The notes below the pieces were generated by a model. The model saw nothing but the letters and a program-made list of their open reading frames with translations, did no database searches and had not been told where the DNA came from. From NCBI RefSeq assembly GCF_009914755.1, contig NC_060947.1: a stretch of 64,000 bases of DNA. The stretch is one strand, 5' to 3'. The stretch comes from the human T2T-CHM13v2.0 reference genome, Homo sapiens. Positions 45,055 to 60,000 of this stretch are shown here, piece by piece. Position numbers and translations under genes: made by a program. The first letter of the stretch is position 1; the number at the start of each line of letters is the position of its first letter.

Positions 45055-46254
45055 ACCAACTGCCTACATCTTAAATCCTCATGCCTTTTTGGCTCCCATC
45101 ACTTTAGAGACAAAATCAACGCTACAGGCAGTGAATTCGTGATGGGTGTAGAAAATAATCCTATGTCATTTTCCTCCTTCCAGGTTTAATTCAGATGTAA
45201 TTAGGCAAAAATATCTGTCAGTGTTAAAGGTAGGAGAAGAGATTTCTCTACTAAGCAATTGTATGCTCTTGGGAAAGTCCCTTTGTCTTTCAACTCCCTT
45301 CTCCTCCTCTAGTATAAGGATGGTAACAATAGTATTACCTATATTACAAGAGTTGTTGTGAGTCTTAAATGACATGTAAATCAGTTATAACAGCGTGTAA
45401 CAAATATTATGTACTCAAATAATGTTAATGCTGCTGATGATGATGATATTATCCAATACTTACTTTGCCTTCAAACCTTCTTTAGGAAAGAAAAGCCTTT
45501 TATACTGAAAATCACCAACTCGTCAATCACTTCAACCAGACTACATTTTTGCTATGCAGAAATAACACATATGAATCTTGGGACTGGATTTTAGAGTGTG
45601 CTTGTGTAGGATAAGCTATCTCCCAGTATCCCTTCTGAGGGATTCTGGCCAGGGGGCGCTATTAAATTTGTTGTCTTACAGGATAGCCAAAAAACAAGAT
45701 AGCTTCGCTAACTCCCAGATACTCCCTGTTGCTAGCTATGGTACATATTACTCTCCAGTCCTGAGACTCTAGTTTAAGCTAAAGGCAGTAGGCAAATTGT
45801 CTCAGGCAAGTAAATTCAGGCCTTTTTAACCACTCACCAAATGCTTTTCTGGGAAAAAAAAAAAAAAAAAAACTAGTATAAGGAAAAATATTTTGCCATT
45901 TCAGGTAAGGTTAATATTGTAATAATCAAGGTTAACATAGCAGCTTAATGAGGCATGATCCTAGTCCTTGGAAACTTTCCTTATAAATGGAAAGAGTTCT
46001 CTTTCTATCATCTTGGTTTTTTATTTACCTCTCTCTCTCTTTCACTCTTTCTCTCTCTCTCTCCTCTACTATTCTTTATTATTTTGTAAACAATATAAGA
46101 TTTTAATTATATACATAGGCAATAGCTAAAAGTAAAAAATAAAAATCTGTAGCACATCCTCCCTAAGACAAGCACTACTACTATTTTGCTATGTGGCCTC
46201 CCTGAAGCTTGCTTTTGCTATGCAGTGGATTGTTTGCATAGTTGCAATCACATT

Positions 46255-46773
46255 GAGACAGTGTGATGTAACAGGAGGAAAATGGCCCGGGGGGTCAGAC
46301 AAAGCTGATTTCAAGTCCTGGCTTTGTAGTCATGAGTTGTGTGTTTGGCCTAATTTCTTAATCTCTCTTGGCTTATATTTCTTTATCTGGAAAATGAAAG
46401 TAAGTGATACCAGCTGGGTACGGTGGCTCATGTCTGTAAACCCAGCACTTTGGGAGGCCAAGGCAGATGAATCGCTTGAGTCCAGGAGTTGAAGACCAGC
46501 CTGGAAAATATGGTGAAACCTAATTTCTACACAAAATACAAAAAAATTAGCCAGGTATGGTGGCACACACCTGTAGTCTCAGCTACTCAGGGGGCTGAGG
46601 CGAGAGAATCACGAGTCTGGGAGGTTGAGGCTGCAGTGAGAGCCATGATCATGCCACTGCACTCCAGCCCAGGTGACAGAGTGAGACCTTGTCAAAAAAA
46701 AAAAAAAAGTGATACCTATCTCATAGACCTGTAGTCAATTTTATGGGAAATAACATGCATAAAGATGCCCAGC
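46255..46773 (+). mobile_element. MIR SINE interrupted by an Alu
   Basis: gtcagacaaagctgatttcaagtcctggct...tttctttatctggaaaatg; resumes atacctatctcatag. Confidence 0.65.
46412..46706 (+). mobile_element. AluJ
   Basis: gcttgagtccaggagt...gaggctgcagtgag; TSD aagtgatacc. Confidence 0.88.
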
Positions 46774-48473
46774 AGAGACCTTCCAATTCCAAAATGGAAG
46801 TGTAGAAACAAGCCCACCCCCACCAACAGAAAACTGTAAACAAATATACAACACGAAGGTTATCACCAGAAATATGCCAAAACTTAAATATGAGAATAAG
46901 ACAGTCTCAGGGGCCACAGAGAAGTGAGGAAACTCTGAGAGATGATAAGAGCATTCTATATCTGCAATACTCTTCCCCTCAATCTGCTCAGCACCAAGTG
47001 CATGGAAAATTTCCTCCCAACTCATGATTTCTACATTAGAAAAATTGAGAGTGAGGTGGACAACCAACTTTCCCACCATCTTGGGTTCCTTAGCAGGAAT
47101 TCTGCCCTGGCCTCAACCCATGGAAAGCATCACAAGTGCCTGAATGGAGAAATATCCCTGAGGATAGCTGAAGACAAAGTGAAGAGGTCAGTCTATCATC
47201 CCCAGCCCTGGAAACTGCTCTGTAACTCAGCCTTAAGGAGATATCAAATGAAAGAAGTTCTAGGAGGTATGTTCCACAGGTTTCCTGGCCATGAACCCCT
47301 AGCCAGTCTTCCCATGCTGAAAGGATATTCCATTTGGGGCCTCCTGCATTTAGGACAAGCAGCCCTCTGATCATTTACTTCAGCCAAGACAAACCTTGGC
47401 TTAAGGCATAATCTAGTGACAAAAAGGAGGCAGCAATCTAGCAGGAAAAAAAGTAATTCAGCAAGTCAATTACCAGGAATCTTTAAGCAAATATATCTAA
47501 TAAAGAACAAAACAAGCCAGACAGACTAAAATGAATAACTAATCATTCAATGCAAAGGCATAGACTACATCCACAAGACACACCAGCAAATAGGGAACCA
47601 GAATATGGGAAGGTTAAACAAAGCAAGAAGCCATTGACTTACCCTAGTGAGTTGGTGATATGTGAGCTCTCTGACCAATAATTAAAAGTAGCATTTAAGG
47701 AAACTCAGTGATCTCTAAGATAATGCAGAAAATTTATGAGATAAATTTAATGAGGGAGTTCAAATAATGAGAACAAGCAAACAAACAGAAATAAGAAATA
47801 CATCTGTTGAACTGAAAAATGTATTAGAGTCTCTTAACATCAGGATGGGTCAAGAAGAGGAAATAATCAGTAAGCTCCATGCCAGGCCATTTGAAAATAC
47901 ACACTTGGAGGAAAGAAAAAAAAAAGAATGACAAAGAACACAGATCTCATACAAGATATAGATAATTACCTCAAAATACCCAATCTAATAATTATTGGCC
48001 TTCAAGAGGGAGTCGAGCGAGAGCAAGGGGTAGAAAAGTTAATCAAGAAGTAACAACAGAAAGTTTCCCAAAACTTGAGAAAGAGATAAATATCCAGGTA
48101 CAGGAAGAGAATGCCAAATAGATTACACCCTAATAAGACCACCCCAAGGCATATAATAATCAATCTCTCAGAGGTCCAGGACAAAAAGAAGATCCTAACA
48201 GCAGCAAGGAAAACAGCAAATAACATATGAAGGAGTGCCAATTCTTCTGGCAACAGACTTCTCAATGGAAACCATGCAGACCAGGAGGGAGTCAGATAGC
48301 ATTTTCAAAGTACATGAGAAGAAAAACAAAAAACAAAAACAAAACAAAAGTGCCATTCAAGAATACTGTATCCAGCAAAATTAACCTCCCAACATGAAGG
48401 AAAGAAAAGATCTTTCCCAGACAAGCAAAAGCTGAGAGAACTCACCACCTGTCTTATAAAAAGTGCTAAAGAG

Positions 48474-48766
48474 AGCCAGATATGGTGGCTCATGCCTGTA
48501 GCACTTTAGGAGGCCATGATGGGAGGATTGCTTGAGTCCAGGAGTTCAATACCAGACTGGACAACATAGTGGGACCTTGTCTCTACAAAAAATATTACAA
48601 AAATAGCCAGGGCATGGTGATGCACACCTGTGGTCCCAGGTTATCAGGAGGCTGAGGCAGGAGGATCACATAAGCCCAGCAGATTGAGGCTGCAGTGAGC
48701 TGTGATTGCACCACTGCACTGCAGCCTGGGCAACAGAGGGAGACTACATCTCTAAAAAGAAAAAAA
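48474..48766 (+). mobile_element. AluJ
   Basis: ggaggattgcttgagtccaggagttc...gctgtgattgcaccactgcac. Confidence 0.88.
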
Positions 48767-49444
48767 AGAAATGCAAAGAGAATTCCTCAATCTCAAGTGA
48801 AAAAAAACACTACTGTGCAAAATAAAACATTTAAAGGTTAAAAAACCCACTGGTAAAAGTAAGTACACAGACAAATTCAGAATACTTTATTACTGTAATT
48901 GTGGCATGCAATTTACACAAAACTCTAGTAGGAAATTCAAAAGACAAATCTATCAAAAACAATAACAGCTACAGCAATTTGTTAAGAGATAGGCAATATA
49001 AATATATTTAAACTGAAACAACAAAAAGTCAAATTGTAGGGGCCATGGAATTAAAGTGTAGAGGTTTTAAATTTTTTTTCTGTTTCTATTATTTTCCTTG
49101 TGATCTAATATAAGTTGGTGTCTCTTAAAAATAATTTGTTATATCTGTAAGATATTTTATGTAAGTCTTATTGCAACCGCAATGCAAAAACCTGTAATAG
49201 ATTCTCTAAAAATAAAAAGCAACGAATTAAAACATAGTACCAGAGAAAATCATTTCTCTGTATGTTTTGGGAAATGGAAAACAGGGAAAACAGGAAGAGA
49301 GGAGTTACAAGACAACCAGAAAACACGCAACAAACTGGCAGTAGTAGTTTCCAATCAATAATAACACTGAATGTAAATGGAATAAATTCTCTAATTTAAA
49401 AATAGAGAGTGGCTGAATGGATAAAGAAATAAGACCAAATTCCA

Positions 49445-49779
<335 letters not shown>

Positions 49780-51346
49780 TCACCTATAAAGACATACAAA
49801 GACCGAAAGTGAAGGGGTAGGAAAAGATAGTTCATGCAACTGGAAACCAAAAAAGAGTGAGAGTAGTGGTACTTATATCAGATAAAATAGACTACAAATG
49901 AAAGACTGTAAGAAGAGGAAAAAAGGTCACTAAATAATGGTAAAGAGGTCAATTAAGCAAGAAGACATAACAATTATAAATATCTATGCACTGAAGACCA
50001 GAGCTCTTAAGTACATAAAGCAAACATGAATAGTTATAAAGGGAGAGATTGACTGAAAACAATAATAGTAGAGGGCTTAAACAGCCCACTCTCAGTAATA
50101 GACATATCATTCAGACAAAAAATTAACAAAGAGCCATGGAGTTAAACTACACACTAGACCTATTAGGCCTAACTGACATTTACAGAACATATCACACACC
50201 TGTTGCAGAATACACTTTTTTTTTTCATTGTAACATGGAACGTCCTCCAGAATAAGCTGTAGCTTAGCCTACAGAACAAGTGTGAAGAAATTCAAAAATG
50301 GAAATCATATTAAGTAGGTTTTCTGACAACAATGGAATAAAAATATAAATTAATAACCAGAGGAACTTCAAAACATCAAAAATACATGAAAATTAAACAA
50401 AATGCTCCTGTTGACCAGTGGGTCAATGAAGAAATTAATAAGGAAATATTAAAATTTCTGGAAACAAATGAAAATGCAAATACAATATACCAAAGTCAAT
50501 GAGATACAACATAAAAAATACTAAGATAGAAGTTTATAACAATAAATGTCTACATCAAAAAAGTAGGAAAAAAAAGACTTCAAATAAGCAACCCAACAAT
50601 GTACCTCAAGGAACTGGAAAAGCAAAAACAAAACAAATGCCAAATTATTAGAAGAAAATAAATAATAAAGATCATAGCTGAAATAAAAGAAACTGAGACT
50701 AAAATATACAAAATATCAGTGAAACAAAAAGTTGCTTTTTTGAAAAGATAAATAAAATCAACAAACTTCTAGCTAGGCTAAGAAAAAAACAGAGAAAACC
50801 AAATAAATAATACCAGAAACAAAGAGGAGACATAACAACTGAGACCACAGAAATACAAAAAATCATTAGAGACTGTTATGAACAACTATATGCCAACAAA
50901 TTGGAAAACCTATAGGCAGTGAATAAATTCCTGGACACTATATCCTCCCAAGATTGAACCATGAAGAAAATAAAAGCTTGAACAGATGAATAACAAGCAA
51001 TGAGATCAAAGCTGTAATAAAAAATATCCGAGCAAAGAAAAGCCCAGAACTGATGGCTTCCCTGCTGAATTCTACCAAACATTTAAAGAAAAAAAGTACC
51101 AATTTTATTCAAACTCTTCAAAGAAGTTGAAAAATAGGGAATACTTCCAAAATCATTCTACAAAGCCAGAATTATCCTGGTAGCAAAACCAGAGAAGGAC
51201 AAAACAAGAAAAGAAAACCTCAAGCCAATTTCACTGATTAACATAGATGCAAAACTCCTCCCCAAAATACTGGCTAACAGAATTCAACAACACACTAAAA
51301 ACATCATTCACCATGATCATGTGGGATTCCTCTCAGGGATGCAAGG

Positions 51347-51734
51347 CATATTAGTCTGTTCTCACATTGTTATAAAGAACTACCTGATACTGGGTAATTT
51401 ATGAAAAAAGAGGTTTAATTGACTCACAGTTCCACAGGCTGTACAGGAAGCATGGCTGAGGAGGACTCAGGAAACTTACAACCAGAAGGTGAAGGGGAAG
51501 CAGGCACCTCTTCACATGGTGGAGCAGGAGAGAGAGTGAAGGGGAAGGTGCTACAAACTTTTAAACAACCAGATCTCGTGAGAACTCTGTCATGAGATAG
51601 CACTAAGAGGATGGTGCTAAACCATTAGAAACCACTCCCATGGTCCAGTCACCTCCCCCTAGGCCCCATCTCCAACACTTCGGATTACAATTCAATGTGA
51701 GATTTGGGTGGAGACCCAGAGCCTAACCATATCA
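51347..51734 (-). mobile_element. MSTA MaLR solo LTR
   Basis: tattagtctgttctcacattg...accatatca; 5-bp TSD caagg on both sides. Confidence 0.9.
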
Positions 51735-51949
51735 CAAGGATAGTTCAACATGTGCAAATCGTTAAGTGTAATACATCACATAACAGAACCAAGAACAAAA
51801 ACCACATGATTATTTCAATAGATACTGAAAAAGCATTTGACCAAATTTGCCATCTCTTCTACACCATCCTTCAAGCCTTGTTATAGTGTAGACCATACAG
51901 CTTAAAGACAGTCCTATGCCATTTATAAAGTCTACCTCAACTAATTCAC

Positions 51950-52215
51950 CAGAATGCAGGCAGAATAGAGCACTAGGTAACAGATTGTAGAGCCACATGT
52001 CATGGGTTGAAATCCAGATGTTGCCACTTGCCGGCTTTGTGACTTTGGGCATATTTCCTGACTGTTGTGTATCTCAATCTTCTCATCTTTAAGATGACAT
52101 AAAAATAGTATCATGCTCAATAAAATTGTTGGATTAAAAGAGTTAATAGTTTTAAGAACTTAGAAAATATGTGTCACATATATTGGTGCTCAGTAAACAC
52201 TAGGTGTTATTATTT
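51950..52215 (+). mobile_element. MIR SINE
   Basis: gggttgaaatccag...tgtgactttgggca...ctcatctttaagatg. Confidence 0.7.
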
Positions 52216-52329
52216 GTCCCTCTTCATCCTGACTTTCCACAGCATCTTTCATACCATCATGTGTGATGGTACACAAATGAGATGGAAAGTACGAGATTAC
52301 ATGTACAATTTTACTTAATTATAAAGTGT

Positions 52330-52470
52330 TTTATATTTTTCTGTTAAATGTGTGTCATGTCTTCTCAACTAGATTGAAAGCTCCAGGGGTAGGAACCATT
52401 ATTGGACTTTGAATCTCCCATAACATTTAGTACACTGCTGGGCCCGGGGTGCTTGCTGAATAAATCCTTA
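52330..52470 (+). mobile_element. L2 3' end fragment
   Basis: caactagattgaaagctccaggggtagga...tgcttgctgaataaat. Confidence 0.55.
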
Positions 52471-54189
52471 TGTATTGAAATGGCATGCTAGTCTAATGCA
52501 AAGGACAGTCAGAAAGAACCCTTGGTGTCTGTTAAAATAACATGCAGTATCCTCATCATCTCTCATTGCTCTACAGAGCCATATTAAAGCTTCTATCTCT
52601 GAAAACTAATGGCAAATCCCCCTGAGCTCTATGCCTTGCTTCATGAGTTTCATGATTTTCTAGGATGCGGGACACAGGAGCAGAGAGAATGTAATTGAGA
52701 ACCCTATCTTCTACACACAAAACTTGCAGACCTATACTTCAATGGCTCTTAGCTGGATGTAATTGGTGCTGGTTCTCTGCAACATAATCTCAGGAGAGGT
52801 CTAAAAATATGATGGAAACACCTCAAGGTTCAGGTATAGGGAATGGAAAAGAATGAGGTTTGTGGTAGGTCAGTAATAGTGGATGACCTCTTGTGGTAAA
52901 ATAACCTGTAGGTTTTTTGCTAAGCCTGGGTGGAGGTTTGCAAAATTGAGGAGATAGCCAACCCATACAATGTCACCAATCTCAGCAAGCAGAGATTGGG
53001 TCATGTAAATTCAGGATCTGAAGGTTGGAAGCCTGGATGTGGATCTTGGCTCTGCCTCTTAATAGTTATATGACTTCTTTTGGAAAGAAGGAGCAAAGGA
53101 TCAGAAAGCACATACTGAAGTTAAAACACAGAGGGCTTTAACTCAAAAGCCCCTATTGCTTTGGCTTTTGTTATCTGAGATATGTGACAGTATCACCTGC
53201 TGCTCTCACTCTAAGCTGCTGGAGAACCAAGACCTTGAGAAAGGCATGTCACAGATACTCAATAAAGTGTCAAAACAAGTGCTTTCTGCTCATAGTTTGT
53301 AGCTGTGTATAATGTAGCATTGCACAACTAGGAAGATGACATAGCTACCAGCATAATAGCAAACCCAGCAGTTTTAACCAAAAGTAATTTTGCTCTTTAC
53401 TCTCATCCATAATCTATACATTCTGTAAAGGCTCGGATCAGGCCTCTCTTCTTCTACAAGGTCATTAGTTTCCACTTTCTCTGGAGTCCTCTGTTTCCCC
53501 AACAACCTATTAAATTTGCATCATAATGCATGGCAGTGTGGGTTTTGTGGGGGAAGGAAGGGTGATGCTACACACATGAGATGGGTTATTTACACATACA
53601 TATACACAGCCACGTGGACTATTTTTGTTAGTTATTTGAATTGATTATCTATATTAGTTCAAGGAACCACACTCATCATTTATTCCTCACTCTTTCACTC
53701 TGTACTGTTGAAGATCTGTTCCAATATTTGAGGTAGAAAAAAAGGTGGTTGTTTTAGAATATCATTTTTTTAAAAAAAAGTAATTCATTTGGCTCTAGTG
53801 CCAATAAAAACTCTCTGTGGTTTCCTCATTATCTGTTCCCATGGTTTTCAGAGTCACCCATCAAGAGGGTTATTAATACAGAACATGTGAGTACATGTTA
53901 AATTTTCCAATTACTGAGAATAACTCAAAGGGCACAGAGAGAAATAGACTGCAAGCCTTCTCTCAGACGGACTCTGCCAAAGTACGGCACTTCTGCCAGC
54001 TCCACTGTCCCCTTGGTCTAAAGCTAAGGGAAAAAGAAATTAGAAATTATGGACCCTGTCCATCGGCCTGGACCATGGCCCAAGGAATTCATGGCATATG
54101 GCCTGATACTTTTTCTTTCCCTTCCATGTTAAACAGATTTCATGAAAATTCTTTCTGTATGGCAAGAATTTATTTTAAATTCGTGTGGC

Positions 54190-54380
54190 ACTACATTATC
54201 ACATTTTGGATCTTAAAACCCCATGAGGTGAGTGAGGAAACTATTAACCTTAGTTTATAGACAAGGAGGGTCAAACCAAGAGAGATTAAGCACTTTGCCC
54301 ACCTTCACATAGCTCATAATGACAGAACTGAGAATCACATTCAGATTTTCAGATTTGAAATTCAATGATCTGTCTACCTC
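54190..54380 (-). mobile_element. MIR SINE
   Basis: aaccccatgaggtg...gagattaagcactttgccc. Confidence 0.55.
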
Positions 54381-54639
54381 TTTGTCAACAAACCACCTCT
54401 GAAAACTTTCCTCTCTTCTGGGGCCTAACCTTGTCAATTACATGCTAATCTTTAATCATCACTCAAATGCTTCCTACTTTAGGCATTCCAATGAAGCTGA
54501 GTATAGATCTCTGAACCACATTTTTACCTTGGTTTGGAGCTTGCTTTTTTATTGTTTGGTTTTGTAATACCTGACCCTCAACATCATGTCAGATTTACAG
54601 AACTAGCATTTGTATAATACCATTTAATGAGAATGTTAT

Positions 54640-56552
54640 ATTTCAGGTCATAGCTCAACAAAAGGCTACCATTCTGGAGAAATCTCTCAATAATCAAGTG
54701 AATGAAAAGTCCTAATCTTGGATGTCATTGGCCTCTTTTCACAGTCCCCACAGTGCTTACTCAATGAGCTTATGAATCATGTCCACGGGGACAGAGACAG
54801 AGGTTATGCAATGAATCAACCACATGGACACCCCTTCATAAAGGCTGAGTTGACAGCTATTGTCCCTAGAGAATGCCCAAACTGCTATCAGCAGAGGTCC
54901 GTGCTAAGCCCCTAGTTGGGCCCCATTCTGCAGAGACCAAATAGCCACCAGGTAGCAGGTTGATTACTGTGAATGCCCTCCATTGTGGAGGGGGAAGCCA
55001 TCTGTCCTCAATGTAAATATTACTTACTCTGATGAGGATTTGCTTTCCCAGCCTGCAATGTTTCTATCAGCACTACCACCCATAGACTTACTTAATGTCC
55101 ATTTTATAGTCATTGTATCACAGACCTTATAAACCAGGAACAGATATTCTGGCAGAACAGTTCAACAGCCTATTACAAATTCAGTTAAAGAGTCTCTAGG
55201 AGCCAACTTCGGAAAACTGGAGGTGTTATTCTACAGGAAATGTCATATGATATGAATCAGCAGCCAAAAGACAGTGCTGTTTCTGTCATAACCAGTATTC
55301 TTGGAACCAACAGGTGGAAGTTGAAGTGGCTTTTATCAATATTACATCTAATAGCTAATTCACAAAAGTGTATGATTCCATGGTTTAGGTTTCAGTACTT
55401 GAGGGGGATATGCCTCCTCTAGGATAGACAACAACATCTCTATTATCCAGAAGATGAGACAGCCACCTGTCTATTTTGGACTGCTTATGCCATTAGAACA
55501 ACAGCCAAAGTGGGAGTTTCAGGGCTGGATGGTATCACATGAGATTGCTGCTGTGGAGTGAAGGTAGAGAAGAGTATGTTTTGGACACAGAGGATCCTTC
55601 CAGGCACCTCTTTCTGCTGCCATTTCAGTAGTAAAAGTTAAAAGTGAAGATCTGAACAACCACATGCAGGCAGGACCACTGAAGACTGTGATACATTAGG
55701 AATGAAGGTTTAGGTCATACCTAAGGTAAGAACTTTGATCAGCTTAGGTGCTGATTGAGGGCCAAGAAAACATGGACTGAATAGTAGAGGAAAAGTTACA
55801 AAAAGAAGACTATAACATCAGCCTGAGTTTTGTTCTTGCTGTGACTTATCCCTTTCTCCTTCTTAGTCTGTTTTGTGTTGCTATAAAGGAATACCTGAGA
55901 CTGGGTAATTTATAAAGAAAAAAGGTTTATTTGGCTCACAATTCTGATGCCTGGAAAAGTTCAAGATTGGGCATCTGGTGAGAGTCTCGGGCTGCTTCTA
56001 CTCATGGTAGAAAGTGAAGGGGAGCCAGAGTGTGCAGAGATCACATAGCAAGAAAGGAAGCAAGAGTGGGGCAGAGATGCCAAGCTCTTTTTAACAGCCG
56101 GTTCCCACAGAAGCTAATAGAGTAAGAACTCACCTCTAAAAGAGGGCGTTAATCTATTCATGAGGGGTCTGCTCCCATGACCCAAACACCTCCCATTAGG
56201 CCCCACCTCCAACATTGGGGATCAAATTTCAACATAAGATTTGGAGGGACAAATATCCAAATCATAGCACCCTCCCATTCTACTATTTTACATATAGTGA
56301 TTAACTTTATAACATAGTCTCTAGTGTACAGACTATCAAGATGAAATTGTGATGGAACCAGAAGATGAATATATGCCATCCAAAGATCCTGGACTTAGAG
56401 CTAGCTATAGTAACTGGTCAGAATTTGAGATGCCACCCTTTTGCATGTTTTCACTTATATAAGGAAAAATTGCATTATGTTATGTGGGGCACTTATTGTT
56501 GTGAAGTTTAAGTATGAAAAAAGGATATACGTTGTTACTAGTCAGCCAAAAA
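54640..56552 (+). mobile_element. ERVL/MaLR (MLT1-int-like) internal region with integrase remnant
   Basis: ORF 54718-54915 ...HVHGDRDRGYA..QPHGHP...ECPNCYQQRSVLSP resembles the ERVL integrase zinc-binding region; followed by caggttgattac (QVDY). Confidence 0.7.
55860..56269 (-). mobile_element. MSTB-like MaLR solo LTR
   Basis: tcttagtctgttttgtgttgctataaaggaatacctgagactggg...atccaaatcatagca. Confidence 0.85.
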
Positions 56553-56591
56553 TGTGAAATCAAGAGGACATTAGACATTCTTTTTGGCCAC

Positions 56592-58900
56592 TGTCTTAGG
56601 ATTGGTTCTCCAGGAGAGATTCTGTTTTAAAAATTAATTTGTTTAATTGACAAATAAATATTGTATATATTTATCATACACAACATGTTTCAAAATATGT
56701 ATACATTGTGGAATGGCTAAATCAAGGTAATTAACATATGTATTATCGAACATGCTTTTTTGTGTGCAATGAAAACACTTAAAATCTACTCTCCTAGTAA
56801 CTTTCAAGAATACAATACATTGCTATTAACTACAGTCACCATGTTGTTCAGTAGATCTCTTGAACTTATTCCTCCTATCTAACTGGAATTTTGTATTCTT
56901 TGACCAATATCTTCCCCAGCCCCCAGGAGCAGGGTTACCACTGCCCCTAGCCCCTGGTAACTACCATTCTATTCTCTACTTCTAGGGATTCAACTTTTTA
57001 AGGTCCTACATATAAGTGAGATTGTGTGGCATTTTTCTTTCTGTGCCTGGGTTATTTCACTTACATAATGTCTTCCAGGTTCATCCATGTTGTCACAAAT
57101 GACAGGAGTTTCATCTTTTTAAAGGTGGAATAGTATCCCATTGTGTATAGGCACCATATTTTCTTTATCCATTTATTCATTAATGGACACTTACATATAT
57201 TCCATATCTTAGCTATTGTGAATAATGTTGCAATGAATGTAGAAGTGCCAATAACTCTTCAAGATAATGATTTTATTTCCCGTGGATGCATACCCACCCC
57301 ACAGTGGGACTGCTGAGTCATAAGGTAGTTCTATTTTTAATTTTAAAAGGAACCTCCACACTGTTTTCTACAATGGCCATACTAATTAACATTCCCACCA
57401 ACAGTGTGCACAGGTTTTTCACTACACCCTCTCTAAAACTTCTTTGTTTTTTTAATAATAGCTGCTGCTCTAACAAGTGTGAGGTGATATCTCCTTGTGG
57501 TTCTTCGTTTGCATTTCTCTAATGATTAGTGATTCTGAGTAATTTTTATATACCTATTGGCCATTTTTATGTCTTCTTTTGAGAAATGTCTATTCAGATC
57601 CTTTGCTGATTTTTTAAATTGGATTTTTGTTTTCTTACTGTCAAGTTACTTGAGTTCCTTCTACATTTCAAATATTAACCTGTTATCAGATGTATAGTTC
57701 ACAAATATTTTCTTCTATTCTGAATGTTGTCTTTGCTCTGCTGATTGGTTCCTTGGCTGTGCATGGGCTTTTCAGTTTGCTGTCATTCCATTTGTTTATT
57801 TTTCCTTTTGTTGCCTGTGCTTTGGGGTTCATATGCAAACAAAATCATTGCCATGCCCAATGTCGTGGAGTTTTCTGCCATGTTTTCTCCTAGTAGTTTT
57901 ACAGTTTCAAGTCTTACATTTAAGTCTTTAATGTATTTTGAGTTGATTTTTGTGTATTGTGTGAGATTAGGGTCTGATTTCATTCTGTATTTGAATATCT
58001 AGTTTTCCCAACATCATTTATTGAAGAGATTCTCTTTTCCCAGTTGTGTGCTCTTGACACCTTTATCAAAATCAATTGACCATAAATGTATGGATTTATT
58101 TCTGGACTCTCCCTTCTGTTCCATTGGTCTCTGTGACTGTGTTTATGCAAATACCATGTTGTTTTAGTTACAATAGCTTTGTAGTATATTTTGATGTCAG
58201 AGAGTGTGATGCTTCCAGCTGTGGTCTTTTATGGTTCCATATGAATTTCAGAATTTCTTTTTCTACTTTCATGAAAAATGTCATTGGAATTTTGATAGGT
58301 ATTGCATTGAATCTGTACATCATTTGGAGCAGTATGGACATTTTAACAATATTAATTTTCCGATCCACATAATGAGATATCTTTCCACTTATTTGTGTCT
58401 TCCTTAATTTCTTTCATCAAGGTTTTATAGTTTTCAGTGTATAGATCTTTACCAAGAGATATTCTGATATAAGTGATGTATTAGGAGAATACTCTCAGGA
58501 GAATCCTGTGAGAGAATTAGGGAAGCAGGATAAAAAAGGAGACGGGGCTAAACAAGGATGTAATTTCAGATGAAATCTAGTCTTAATCTTATCCCACAGT
58601 TAACTTCATCTTATCCCACGTAAAAAATGCTCTGAAAAGTCTGTCCTATTTTGAGATAAAGGGTTGGGAATTTTGTACTGCTAACCTAATTAGTTCATCA
58701 GCTATGGACAGGCTTAGGAGAAAGACATAACTCTCGAGCACCTTCAGGTGATATGGCTCAACTTACCCAAGGATAAACCTACCAAGAAGGTAACAAGTGT
58801 GAGCCTTTAGCAACAGCACCCACCACAGCTGAAGGATGAGCACATCAGACCAGTAACTGGGATCCCTGGGGATCTGGGTGGAGAACTTACAATGTCATCT
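56592..58900. mobile_element. ERVL LTR (LTR33/LTR16-like) split by an L1MA insertion (pieces 56592-56624 and ~58456-58900)
   Basis: tgtcttaggattggttctcc...; ...gggaagcaggata...ggatctgggtggag; candidate TSD gagagattctg / gagatattctg. Confidence 0.5.
56625..58452 (-). mobile_element. L1MA8-like 3' part
   Basis: aattgacaaataaatattgtatatatt 3' end; ORF2 peptides 57783-58368. Confidence 0.85.
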
Positions 58901-58904
58901 AGAA

Positions 58905-60000
58905 CTGCTCAGCTATTTTGAACACCCTTCCCCTGTTTTGGGAATTCCTCACCTTAAAAATCCCAGACTCCTCAAAGAAACCAGATAATTGCTTTTCAAG
59001 CCTCCCTGCTGCTAGAGTTGAGGCTTGTGATCCATTCTCCTTCAACCCAATGTGCTTACTCAGAGCTTGAATTAGAAGTTAGTGATGCAGAGAAACAGAA
59101 ACTGTATGGAGTCCATTCTGGCCATGGCAGTGTCAGTCCCATTTAGTTGGCAGAAGCAGCAGTCACAATGGTTCTAGTGGTAGCATCTGGTGCTCACAAT
59201 AAGTGATATTGGCAGTTGTCAATGCCCTGTAGCCAAAGACTGCCAGGAACACATCTGGGTAGTTGAACAAGTTGGGTTTATCCCTCATTGCTGCAAGGGC
59301 AAATGCACAGTTCAGGGAGAATGATAGAGGGGACTTATTACAAGATTGAGGTTTGTGTTAGATGATTTGGGTGAGGGTTTAAGGAAGTGGGGCTTTGCTC
59401 TAGATTGGATGCTGTCAGGAAGTGGGGATAATTCTATGATTTGGTTTCACAATAAATGTCACCTAGGAGTGGCAAAGACTAGCCCAAGGCTAAGCTTGCA
59501 GTTTGTAAAGAAGCAGCAATTACTCATATTGGCTAGGGGGGAGGTGGTCATTTTTGTGGTTTTGGGCAATGTTCATGTTTTTGCATTGATCTGTCACCCT
59601 CACAGAGTACCTCTATCTGAGGTGATAGTCTGAGAAACTATCCATGTTCAACAAGAGAACACCAAGACCTAGCTATGAGTTCTAGACCAGTTCCTTGCAA
59701 CACGAAGGCCTCAGTGATAGCACCAGGAAAGCTTCCTCAATACAGGGTCTGCCTTTCTCTTCTTTACCATTCAAGCTGTGGTCTTCATGTCCAGCAGTAT
59801 TGCCAGTGGTATCTCCATTTCTACATTGTGATTTTGATTGTTATTTTTGACTGCACTGCCTCCAACTTTGGTACTCTGGCTTTCTCAGAGATTCTGTGAG
59901 CTTCTCAAGAGCCTCAAATAATTTATTTTTAATAATTTACCTTATCCTTAAACTGTCAGTTTGTGTTTTGGTTCTTCACAACTAAGATCCCTGACTGATA
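58905..60000 (+). mobile_element. MLT1-type LTR remnant interrupted by another LTR (~59217-59770, family uncertain)
   Basis: Ends ttcttcacaactaagatccctgactgata; inner LTR text gaacaagttgggtttat...ggggctttgctctagattggatgctgtcagg. Confidence 0.5.
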
